Assembly: GCA_024275415.1 (NCBI GenBank)
Contig: JAJRZD010000120.1
Location: 11,548 to 43,547, forward strand
Direction: 5' to 3'
DNA from: an archaeon
GTDB lineage: Archaea; Asgardarchaeota; Thorarchaeia; Thorarchaeales; Thorarchaeaceae
Length of the DNA: 32,000 bases
A program made the translations under genes and the position numbers. The notes under the pieces were generated by a model, which saw only the letters and a list, made by a program, of their open reading frames with translations, was not told the DNA's origin and searched no databases. Within the stretch, counting starts at the first letter, position 1. Each line of letters opens with the position of its first letter. Below, piece by piece: positions 8,411 through 16,755 of the stretch.

Positions 8411-8776
8411 ATGACGTACAAGCACAAGAAGAACAAGTGCTTCAAGGAAACAAAAGAAATCCTTGAAGAGGTCTTAAACAAAAAAGAAGAAGCATACAGG
8501 TGTATCGACTGCGCTGAGGCGATCCATTTGGAGAATCCGATGGAGCAGATCATCACAGAGGAAATAGATACCCCTGATGTGAGAAACCCGACCAATGCTA
8601 TTTTTGAGGAAACTGTGGGGCAGGACGACAGTCTTCTGACACCCGAGGCAAATCTAGAGTCATACCAAACACTCGAGGAACTGGAAGTGCCCGATGAGAA
8701 GGAGATAATCGAGATATCCAAGAAAGGAAAGAAGAATGGAGCCTACTCCCAATTGAAGGATAAATTCACAGGATAA
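8411..8776 (+). CDS. Acidic, probably largely disordered hypothetical protein with a CxxC motif
   Basis: 121 aa; basic N-terminus, CIDC, long Glu/Asp-rich middle, basic C-terminus; followed by GGTGA and the next gene 11 nt later. Confidence 0.7.
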   Translation: MTYKHKKNKCFKETKEILEEVLNKKEEAYRCIDCAEAIHLENPMEQIITEEIDTPDVRNPTNAIFEETVGQDDSLLTPEANLESYQTLEELEVPDEKEIIEISKKGKKNGAYSQLKDKFTG

Positions 8777-8787
8777 GGTGAACATGC

Positions 8788-9150
8788 ATGGGGGATAATG
8801 ACGAGCTGGATAAACTCAAGGATGAAATCCGCGTCCTCAGAAAGACAGTGAAGAACCTCACCAAGACAATTGATGACCTTAGGACAAAGGTTTCAAGTAG
8901 AGAGATGAAGACGACTTCCTATCAGATATTCCCGAATTCAGAGAATTGTCTCGAGTATGATGCCAGCTGGCAGCGGCTGGTGAGCTTGCTAGAGGGGACT
9001 GGCTTGGGTCTTAGTGCTGCTGAGGCTGCAAGGATGTGGGGTAAATCACGTTCTAGGACAAGCGAGGTCTTGAACAAGCTCGTTGACCAGGGGCATCTGA
9101 TGAAGTACAGGGATGGTAGGCAGATCAAATTCAGGGCTGTTGATGGATAG
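8788..9150 (+). CDS. Coiled-coil plus C-terminal winged helix-turn-helix protein (putative DNA-binding regulator)
   Basis: Heptad pattern ELDKLKDEIRVLRKTVKNLTKTIDDLRTKV; wHTH pattern LSAAEAARMWGKSRSRTSEVLNKLVDQGHLMKYRDGRQIKF. Confidence 0.82.
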   Translation: MGDNDELDKLKDEIRVLRKTVKNLTKTIDDLRTKVSSREMKTTSYQIFPNSENCLEYDASWQRLVSLLEGTGLGLSAAEAARMWGKSRSRTSEVLNKLVDQGHLMKYRDGRQIKFRAVDG

Positions 9151-9277
9151 TATAGCGAAAGTTCGGTTATCGGTAGTCTATCTGAGAACAGCACTAGTGG
9201 GAAAAGTGCATCTGCATCCTAGAAGATGTATAGTACAATTAAGCCAACTCAGGTAGTCTTAAGTATAATGTAGTGTA

Positions 9278-9311
9278 AAGACGGTTTAATACGAGCTGAG
9301 TGTACCGTCTT
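9278..9311. promoter_or_regulatory. Perfect 8-bp inverted repeat bracketing a TATA-like sequence and overlapping the next start codon
   Basis: AAGACGGT (9278-9285) - TTAATACGAGCTGAGTGT - ACCGTCTT (9304-9311). Confidence 0.5.
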
Positions 9312-9606
9312 GAATAGAAAGAAAAACGCGCCCTCTTCCGAGGTCGAAGTATATACGAGTCGTCTATACGAACTCAACGCAGCCGCACAGGAAGCCGTTC
9401 GGGACTTCTCACTACATGATATTGACGATATGGAAGGGTTAGAGAAGAAACGCCTGAGAATGCACGATGCATTCACGACCCTATATGATGAGCTGGCAGT
9501 GTTCAGCGAAACACTGATGGGAGAAGATTTTGACCTTGCGTTCATCCGCAACAGGCTTGCCACTGCTGAAGGCGAAGCTAAGGAACAACTAGAGCGGGCA
9601 ATGTAG
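9310..9606 (+). CDS. Helical hypothetical protein; probably the N-terminus of the 9649-11619 protein, separated from it by one in-frame TAG
   Basis: Same frame as 9649. TAG at 9604-9606 is followed by 14 sense codons (EIQIQIRNNLADIW) and then the ATG at 9649. Confidence 0.65.
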   Translation: MNRKKNAPSSEVEVYTSRLYELNAAAQEAVRDFSLHDIDDMEGLEKKRLRMHDAFTTLYDELAVFSETLMGEDFDLAFIRNRLATAEGEAKEQLERAM

Positions 9607-9648
9607 GAGATCCAAATTCAGATTCGGAACAATCTCGCCGACATCTGG

Positions 9649-11619
9649 ATGGCAAAGGTACTGGCGTGGCTACACCAGGCTGCTGCTGCAAGTGGCCCGT
9701 TCACAGACGAGGAACATGAGGATGCGACAAAAAATGCATTGAAACACCTTGCAGTGGTATACACAATGCTTGAGAAGCCCTTCTCAGCAGTGCCTGCAAC
9801 TGTGGATGGCACTCAGAAATTGCGTCGTGTTGCACTGGGCTACAGAGCATATAGTCTGACCAAGTCGGTTTTGGATGATGATGCTCCCGAGCTTGTGGAG
9901 ATACTGGGAAAGAACAAGAGTGCTGAAGCCGAGTTCTTCGACGAGTTCGTGAACGAGTTGATCAGTCTGGAGAGCACTTTCAGGCAGGCATTCAACCCGT
10001 TCGACGAGCTAATCTGGCGGGACATCCTCAATGCATTCATCTTTGAGAAAGCAACCGACCTATACAACGAGGCAATCCCATACTACAAGAAATCAGAGTC
10101 AGCCGACAAACAGAGGATCACCCAACTCAAGGCATGGAAGCACAACACTGCGGGTCTGAGCGAGGTGTACTTGGGACTGACCTACCAGGACATAGCGGAT
10201 GCTCAGATGCGCGCAGGGAATCTTGAAGATGCGTCGAAACTCTATCTTTCGGCGTCTGAAGCATTCGGTCGGGCTGAGAAGCTCTTCGCGGCCATCATTG
10301 CACTCCAAGGAAATGCAGACCAATCCCGTATCGATAAGGAGCATAAGAAGGCCCAAGCGTTGTTCTGTAAAGCAGAAGCTGCCGTTCAGACATTTTCAGA
10401 CCTGCTTCAGGTCAACAATACAAAGGAAGCATTCTCCGTGTTGAAGGAGATATCCAGAGACCTGAAGAAAGCAGAAAAACTGTCCAAGACACGAGAACTA
10501 ATCGCAGCAATACGAGAGAACCTGCGCATCTTTTCCTTTGTGGGAGAACTTCTAAAGAAAGAGCCTACTGACAGCCGCGGGATCACTGAACAGATCAAGT
10601 TCGCGCAGGATCTCAGGAAAGAAGGACTTATCCAAGATGTGAACAAATCACTGGACGAGGCTGCGAATCGCCTAGGGGATGATCCCTCGGACGCGCTTGA
10701 ATCGATCCGCGAGGCGCTAACGAGCCTTGGCATCCTCCTCAGCCTAAGCACTGGAGACGAGGATGTCACCATACTCAGAAACAAGACCCTCGCCATTCTG
10801 AGTAATGTCAAATATGTCATTCAGTTCAGATTGAGTTCCCAGCTCCAGCCAGGAGTCAAATTCATCACTTCTCGCATCCTTGAGAATCTCCATGCAAAGG
10901 AAGCCGCAAGCTATTACCGCAAGGTGGGACGAAACGAGACAGCAGACGAGCTAGAAGACCTTGGGAGGCTTGCATTGTCCACGGCACTCGCAACGGAGGC
11001 ACAAGTATTTGCAAGACACTCGGAGCAGTGGGCAATCCGGGCACAACTAGAAAGGGCCAACTCGTTCGCTCGTCTTCAAGATGAGATAATGCAATTCGAT
11101 GATGATAATGAAAACATCGAGGATGCCCTGAAAGCCCATGACGCCACTATCGACAAGATCTCGCGCGCCATCGCGGCGTTCCATGCTGCCGCTACAGAAC
11201 TGGACGGTGTTGTCGGCGAACTCGTCAGGCGTAAGAACAATGTCGATGGACAGGTGCAGCAGCTCAATGGTGTCGTGATGAAGTTCAAGGGCGACCTCCT
11301 TCGATTGGAAGGAGCCAAGAACGATTTCCTCGGGGAGTACCTTTCAAAGAAAGGGAACAAGTCAAAAGCAGAACGATACTTTGACAGCGCTAAGGACTTG
11401 TTCAGAGAAGCCGCTGGAAACTACACCGTTGCAGCGCAGGTGTTCCAACAGGTCGGAGACATCCAAGCCGCACAGAACGTCGATATGAGAGCCAAGACCT
11501 CGGACCTCCTTGCCCGTAGCACATGGGACAATCGACAGCGTGTCAGCAGAGATCAAGAACCTGCCTACAAGGGCGAGTCTGAGCTCATCGCTCTTTACCT
11601 CGGCGGTACAGGACAGTAA
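9649..11619 (+). CDS. Large all-alpha helical-repeat protein (TPR/SNAP-like solenoid)
   Basis: Ala-rich amphipathic helices throughout; repeat-like segments GNLEDASKLYLSASEAF, AASYYRKVG and GNKSKAERYFDSAKDLFREAAGNYTVAAQVFQQVGD. No obvious RBS before 9649. Confidence 0.8.
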   Translation: MAKVLAWLHQAAAASGPFTDEEHEDATKNALKHLAVVYTMLEKPFSAVPATVDGTQKLRRVALGYRAYSLTKSVLDDDAPELVEILGKNKSAEAEFFDEFVNELISLESTFRQAFNPFDELIWRDILNAFIFEKATDLYNEAIPYYKKSESADKQRITQLKAWKHNTAGLSEVYLGLTYQDIADAQMRAGNLEDASKLYLSASEAFGRAEKLFAAIIALQGNADQSRIDKEHKKAQALFCKAEAAVQTFSDLLQVNNTKEAFSVLKEISRDLKKAEKLSKTRELIAAIRENLRIFSFVGELLKKEPTDSRGITEQIKFAQDLRKEGLIQDVNKSLDEAANRLGDDPSDALESIREALTSLGILLSLSTGDEDVTILRNKTLAILSNVKYVIQFRLSSQLQPGVKFITSRILENLHAKEAASYYRKVGRNETADELEDLGRLALSTALATEAQVFARHSEQWAIRAQLERANSFARLQDEIMQFDDDNENIEDALKAHDATIDKISRAIAAFHAAATELDGVVGELVRRKNNVDGQVQQLNGVVMKFKGDLLRLEGAKNDFLGEYLSKKGNKSKAERYFDSAKDLFREAAGNYTVAAQVFQQVGDIQAAQNVDMRAKTSDLLARSTWDNRQRVSRDQEPAYKGESELIALYLGGTGQ

Positions 11620-11683
11620 CTAATCCCGTTCCTTCGCTCTTTGTAATTCCTATCGTCAAAAGGACTGCACACAGGTGCTCGGG

Positions 11684-13870
11684 CTATTGAACAGCTACCT
11701 GCTCAATGCCCGTTGCACCCGAAACGGCTGCTACAGTGAAATGACGTGTTGTCTTGAATGGTGTAAACGCAATCCCGCCTGCATGGTAGAACTTGCTGAA
11801 CCATTCTACAAAGTGTAGCCTAAGTGTATGCATGAAAGCTAACAGACCTTCGAGTATTCCGACGATGAAGGTGCCAACGATGGCGCCGATGAGGGACATA
11901 CCGGGCTGGATGAGTTCGCCATGATAGGGGACAGCCTCTGGGATGAGTTCAAAGCCGCCGATGGAGATGGGTGGAAAATTGATGACAAGGAGTCCGGAGG
12001 TGAAGGAGAAGAAGACACCGCTGAGGATGACATGCACGGTATTGAGGGCGAAGATACGTGCATAGCTCACGGTGTGGCTAATCATTCCCAAGGCAGACTC
12101 GATGAAGTGAACGGCGCCGTCCATGCCATGCTTAAATGAGAGCAAAGCCATGAGGATCAATGGGACGAAGAGGCAAAAGATGGTGAACTGCATCGGTGCG
12201 ATTGGGAGTGTCGGATAGACGCCATTGTTACCGATACCACGCCCGATACCGACAATGGGCAACCAGAGATTCACAAAGCCATCAGAGCTAAACCACCTGT
12301 CGATGCTGTTGTAGCTCACACCGAAGAGGAGGTTGACGAACCCAAGGTAGAGCCAGAGATAGAAGAAGCTGGTAAGGGCTCCGTCGAGTTTCCTGTGCTT
12401 TGCCTTGTTATAGATGTCAAGAAGGATGCCCAAGGTGATGTGGATGATGCCGACCTCAATGGACAGTTTCAGCATGTGGGCAGCACGATAGACATTTTGG
12501 GTCCCGTCGGGGAAGTAGTGTACGAAGATTGGCCACTGCGCTTCGATGACTGTTTCAGAGCCGAAGAAACTGCCGAACAAGAACCCGCCGATAATAGCGA
12601 AGATACCCATCATCACCAGTCCGTAGCCACCGTTCTGAATGTAGCCGAGGATCTGGCCCCAGTCGTCACCGCGTCGGTTTGCGCGGATGGCGGCAAGCCC
12701 GATGAGCAGGATGAGTAGTCCCTGTCCGATGTCTGCGAATACGAGCCCGAAGATGACAGGGAATGAAAGCCACATGATCTTAGTGGGGTCAAGGTCATCC
12801 TTTGAAGGGACACCGTATGCAGCCACGACATCCTCTGTGGGTTTCATCACACTGGGATTGTCAAGATAGGTAGGAGAGTCTGTTTCTGCGAAATCGGGAC
12901 TGTCGAATGTGAGGTCGTAGGCTGTGCCCACATGTTCCTTCAGCAACGAGTCAAGCTTCTTTTGAGTGCCATCAGGTATCCATCCCCATGCCTTGACAGA
13001 GGATTCCGTGTACACGAAATAGCTCTTGATGTTAACTCGTGCCTTCTCGATTTCGAGTACTTCCCATGCTGCAAGTACTTTCGGCCCCCATTCCTTTGCG
13101 ATGAGTTCTTTCCTGTTCTCCAATCGCTCAATCTGGGTTTCCAAGTCTGCAATCTTAGACTCGGCTTCATGCGCGATGTCAGTAGGGCTGCCGGTGTAGT
13201 CAGTGGGGACTGTGAAGGTTTCGAAACCAATGGCTGTGAAGATACGCTCAGCAGCTTCCTTTCTCTCAATGGGGATGCTGACACTGGCGATCATCATATT
13301 CTTCCCTTTCGGCGCGGGGACAGCCCTGAACACGTAAGCCCCGTCGGTAATCTCATTGAGGCTCCATTCCAGTTTGCTGAGCCGACCAGCCTCGATCCTT
13401 CCCGCGGTAGTAAAGGTATACTCGGAAGAGCCTATCATCTCAAGGTTCAAACCAAGGGGTTCCAAAGAGAGGGCGACATCGCGAACGCCCTTCTGGCTCT
13501 CCAGTTCGAGCATAAGGGCTGCAAGCTCGCTGTCGGTTTCGAGTACCTCGGATTCAACAGCTTGGACGACCTCCGAAACGTAGGAGAGGGATCCTGAGAT
13601 CTCTCGGTCATCGATTGTGATCCTCTCACGTGAACTTCTTGAGGTATCAAGCCCTAATGACTCAATGATGGTAAGGATTCTGTCGCTCACTGCAAAAACA
13701 GATTCCTCATCTCGTGTGCGTTTCGTGTCGATGATTCCTGCCTGATGACGGACATCGATGGGCTCAAAGAGTCCGAACTCCTCCAGGGCAAGGATCATCT
13801 TTCTGTCCAAGTCCTTATGAGAGATGACTTTGGCGACAAGCATTTTCGAGGGGCTCATTCTTAGGTTCAT
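11684..13870 (-). CDS. atpI: A/V-type ATP synthase subunit I (a)
   Basis: PTYLDNP, YGVPSKDDLDPT, FGLVFADIGQG, SHTVSYARIFAL (essential Arg), HTLRLHFVEWFSKFY. Confidence 0.96.
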   Translation of the reverse strand: MNLRMSPSKMLVAKVISHKDLDRKMILALEEFGLFEPIDVRHQAGIIDTKRTRDEESVFAVSDRILTIIESLGLDTSRSSRERITIDDREISGSLSYVSEVVQAVESEVLETDSELAALMLELESQKGVRDVALSLEPLGLNLEMIGSSEYTFTTAGRIEAGRLSKLEWSLNEITDGAYVFRAVPAPKGKNMMIASVSIPIERKEAAERIFTAIGFETFTVPTDYTGSPTDIAHEAESKIADLETQIERLENRKELIAKEWGPKVLAAWEVLEIEKARVNIKSYFVYTESSVKAWGWIPDGTQKKLDSLLKEHVGTAYDLTFDSPDFAETDSPTYLDNPSVMKPTEDVVAAYGVPSKDDLDPTKIMWLSFPVIFGLVFADIGQGLLILLIGLAAIRANRRGDDWGQILGYIQNGGYGLVMMGIFAIIGGFLFGSFFGSETVIEAQWPIFVHYFPDGTQNVYRAAHMLKLSIEVGIIHITLGILLDIYNKAKHRKLDGALTSFFYLWLYLGFVNLLFGVSYNSIDRWFSSDGFVNLWLPIVGIGRGIGNNGVYPTLPIAPMQFTIFCLFVPLILMALLSFKHGMDGAVHFIESALGMISHTVSYARIFALNTVHVILSGVFFSFTSGLLVINFPPISIGGFELIPEAVPYHGELIQPGMSLIGAIVGTFIVGILEGLLAFMHTLRLHFVEWFSKFYHAGGIAFTPFKTTRHFTVAAVSGATGIEQVAVQ

Positions 13871-14057
13871 GGCCTATCACACCGCATTATTATAGCCGTA
13901 GTAGATATCAAGGCATCATGCTTGAAACTAGGCGTTGACACCGAAGAAAATCACATTCCCTGATAAGCCTTATGACCCATATTGCCAAAAATGGCAAGCT
14001 TAATCTTTATCAAGGATTGTGACACGGGGACAGTAGTTTACCTTCAGAGGGATAATA

Positions 14058-14378
14058 ATGGAATCGCCCCAAGACGGAGTTGATCAGATTCATGCCGCAG
14101 AAACGGCTGCTCGCGAAAAGATTGAAGAAGCAGAGAGGAGAGCAAGAGAAATCCGCGAGGAAGCCGAACGCGAGTCACGGATGATTCTGGAGCAAGCAAA
14201 AGAGTCGGCAAAGAGAGAATCGACGAGAATCCTAGAGAACATCTCAGACGAGGCACGTAAGGTGGAAGGCGAAATCCAGAAGGACACCGAAGCCAAGATC
14301 CAACAGATTGTTGCAGCAGCTGAGAAGAAGAAGAAAGACGCTATCAAAAATGCGGTCAAAATTCTATTGGAGGACTAG
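14058..14378 (+). CDS. atpH: A/V-type ATP synthase peripheral-stalk subunit H (G)
   Basis: 106-aa charged right-handed coiled-coil pattern (IHAAETAAREKIEEAERRAREIREEA); directly upstream of subunit E. Confidence 0.8.
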   Translation: MESPQDGVDQIHAAETAAREKIEEAERRAREIREEAERESRMILEQAKESAKRESTRILENISDEARKVEGEIQKDTEAKIQQIVAAAEKKKKDAIKNAVKILLED

Positions 14379-14381
14379 ACG

Positions 14382-15002
14382 ATGAGTGGTATCTCTACTA
14401 TTATTGAGATAATCGAAACCAAGAGTGAAGACAAGGTCAAAGGCGTTATCCGAGAGGCCGAACTCCAGAAAGAGGAGGTCATTAAGAAAGCTAAGGAGAA
14501 AGCCGAGGAAATCCAAGCGGAACTCTTGAAGAAGGCAAAAGCGGAAAGCGATGCTGAGTTAGCCCGACAGGCAGCCAGCGCAAAGCTGAAGGCGAAATAC
14601 AAGGTTCTTGAAGCAAAAGAAGCCATTATGAAAGAGGTTCTTGCCAGCGCAGAGGCTGATATCAAGATGCTTGTAAAGGGCGGTAAATACGAAGAAACCC
14701 TCACACGTCTTGCCGTAGCGGCAGGAAAAGCGTTGAACGAGGACAAGTTGGAGATAGTCGTTCCTAAAGGTCAGGAGAAGGCGGTGAATGTCAGTGAGAT
14801 ATCCAAGATGCTATCAGACGAGCTTGGGAGAAAGATCACTGTCAAGATAGCAAAGGACACAATCAGATCTGTGGGTGGTTTGATCGTCAGGAACTCGGGC
14901 AACACCAAGTGGGTTGACAACACATTCGAAGCCAGAATTGAACGTCTAGAAAAGAAGATCCGTGATGCGACTGCCTCTTTTCTTTTTGAGAGTACGGAGT
15001 AA
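14382..15002 (+). CDS. atpE: A/V-type ATP synthase subunit E
   Basis: N-terminal charged helix; C-terminal GGLIVRNSGNTKWVDNTFEARIERL; GGAGG RBS upstream. Confidence 0.93.
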   Translation: MSGISTIIEIIETKSEDKVKGVIREAELQKEEVIKKAKEKAEEIQAELLKKAKAESDAELARQAASAKLKAKYKVLEAKEAIMKEVLASAEADIKMLVKGGKYEETLTRLAVAAGKALNEDKLEIVVPKGQEKAVNVSEISKMLSDELGRKITVKIAKDTIRSVGGLIVRNSGNTKWVDNTFEARIERLEKKIRDATASFLFESTE

Positions 15003-15018
15003 TAGAAAATCAGGTTGA

Positions 15019-15055
15019 AGCGAGAAGGATGGAGAAATCCATCCTCTACTTCGCT
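15019..15055. terminator. Stem-loop between the convergent atpE and atpK genes
   Basis: AGGATGGA-GAAA-TCCATCCT (15026-15045; perfect 8-bp stem with a GNRA loop on the + strand), extended by AGCGA/TCGCT. Confidence 0.55.
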
Positions 15056-15065
15056 ACTTGTTGTA

Positions 15066-15458
15066 CTAATGCATTAGTTGTGGAATATATCCAACAAGAA
15101 GGAAAGCGATAACGAAGCCATAAATTGCAATAGCTTCGATAAATACGACGTACAGAATCGACTTTCCAAAGGTTTCGGGTTTCTCTGTGATAGCACCTAG
15201 TGCTGCAGCGGATGCGGTTCCCATGCCCAGGCCACCGCCAATACCGGCGAGTCCAATGGCAAGACCTGCACCAACTGCGAGACCCATTATTGCCCATCCA
15301 GTTGTGTCAGTGGTTGCATCTTGAAGTGCGGAGAAGCCTGATCCAGAAGTGATGCCAGCCGCGGATGCGGGTAGAAGTATCAGGGACATTACTATTGAGA
15401 ACAGGACCGCGCCCAAGATGAACAACATGAAGCTGCTTGTTCGTGTGTCTAATTTCAT
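15066..15458 (-). CDS. atpK: A/V-type ATP synthase proteolipid subunit K (c), single hairpin with N-terminal hydrophobic leader
   Basis: GAGLAIGLAGIGGGLGMGTASAAALGAITEKPETFGKSILYVVFIEAIAIYG with the conserved carboxylate Glu. Confidence 0.95.
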   Translation of the reverse strand: MKLDTRTSSFMLFILGAVLFSIVMSLILLPASAAGITSGSGFSALQDATTDTTGWAIMGLAVGAGLAIGLAGIGGGLGMGTASAAALGAITEKPETFGKSILYVVFIEAIAIYGFVIAFLLVGYIPQLMH

Positions 15459-15477
15459 CGGGTATATCTCCTTTCTA

Positions 15478-16542
15478 TCACCATAACGTGATCATTCGTC
15501 TAATATTCTCGGCAGACTCGCCACGTTCAATCCCCACGGCAATCGACCGAATGTTGCGGATTTCATAGAACTTCAGGTTAAAAAACCCAATGACCGAGCC
15601 CAGTTGGAAGGGGTAGGCTGTCATCTGTAGTTTAACGCGCTGAGCGATATAGTCCTCAATCGCTAACTCGACAGACACAAGACTTTTTGACTCCTCATAG
15701 AGTCGCGCAATCCTGCCAGCAAGCTCCCGGTAACGGGTTCCTTCCAGTGCTGAGAGTACCTCACGCCAATTGGGCTTGGTCTTAATGCTTTCCAAGAGGG
15801 CCTTTGACCGTCCCGTGAACTCCACGAGGGAAAGCTCTATCGCTCTTGATTCCAGCTGCAGTGCCAGTGCTCTGAGCATCGTTAAGACATTACGGAGGTC
15901 AACACGTGCCTCGACGATATCGAGTACACGTTTCTTATCGTCATTAGAAAAGCCGTCAAGTGCCTTCAACAGGCTGCGTAAGAACCAAGTTTCGGCGGCA
16001 ACCTCAAGGGGTGCCGTCGAGTCGAATTCCTCATACACATGCATCTTGGTCAGGAGAGCGATCTTGAGATCCCAGTACGGGAGATTCTCGATTAGCGCTT
16101 GGACTGAACCAAGTTCTGCAAGACGTTCGAACTCCTCAGCCTGTTCCGCAGAAGTTGGTACCGCGAATCGAAGTATCTCACCTTTGTCAAGCCCTACATG
16201 AATACCGCGTATCATGGACTTGATGCTCTCTGTCAAGAACATCCTCATGTACGCCGTAGTAAAGTCACTAATCTTACCAGACAGCGATTTCGCAAGGCTG
16301 TAGCTCACATTCGCAAAATCCTCCGAGAGAACCAGTGCTAGTTCATCAGGGCCCGGCGTCCCGGAAGGATGCGCCTTACTAATGATAGGACCATAATACG
16401 TCCCTGCAAGCAACTTGATGAAATCATCATATGACTCTGATTGCAGCAGCGATTCATACATGTCCAAGCTGAGAAAACGGGACAGCATCCCACGTATCCT
16501 CGCGTTCGCAAATCCATATTCGTTCGCTGCCTTCAAGCTCAT
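15478..16542 (-). CDS. atpC: A/V-type ATP synthase subunit C (d)
   Basis: YGFANARIRGMLSRFL, VDLRNVLTMLRA, YPFQLGSVIGFFNLKFYEIRNIRSIAVGI. Confidence 0.93.
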   Translation of the reverse strand: MSLKAANEYGFANARIRGMLSRFLSLDMYESLLQSESYDDFIKLLAGTYYGPIISKAHPSGTPGPDELALVLSEDFANVSYSLAKSLSGKISDFTTAYMRMFLTESIKSMIRGIHVGLDKGEILRFAVPTSAEQAEEFERLAELGSVQALIENLPYWDLKIALLTKMHVYEEFDSTAPLEVAAETWFLRSLLKALDGFSNDDKKRVLDIVEARVDLRNVLTMLRALALQLESRAIELSLVEFTGRSKALLESIKTKPNWREVLSALEGTRYRELAGRIARLYEESKSLVSVELAIEDYIAQRVKLQMTAYPFQLGSVIGFFNLKFYEIRNIRSIAVGIERGESAENIRRMITLW

Positions 16543-16755
16543 GATATCTCACCCTCGGAGTAGGTCGATGGGGTTTGACGCTGTGATGTAGTGCACAGTT
16601 GGTCTGTGATATAAGGTTGACGTTAGAGAGGGGCATCATAATTGATAAACGTGGAACAAGTCATTTTTGGCTCTCGGAAAGTAAAACACATTCTGCCAAA
16701 TTCTTGACGAAGATTCTTATGCGTGCTATACCTTAGTCAAGAGCGGTTGGGAATC

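Noticed and set aside
13907-14017. Short palindromes in the divergent atpI/atpH promoter (TTGCCA-N4-TGGCAA at 13982-13997 and two imperfect ones)
   Set aside because: Arms of six bp or less are common by chance and no second copy was seen elsewhere in the window.
14058-15002. atpH ends in TAG and is in frame with atpE (TAG-ACG-ATG), so amber read-through would give an H-E stator fusion
   Set aside because: An in-frame neighbour occurs one time in three by chance, and atpE has its own GGAGG RBS and ATG. Worth revisiting only if amber read-through is shown at 9604.
16454-16639. Possible ATPase subunit F upstream of atpC
   Set aside because: The 61-aa ORF lacks subunit F features and overlaps atpC out of frame.
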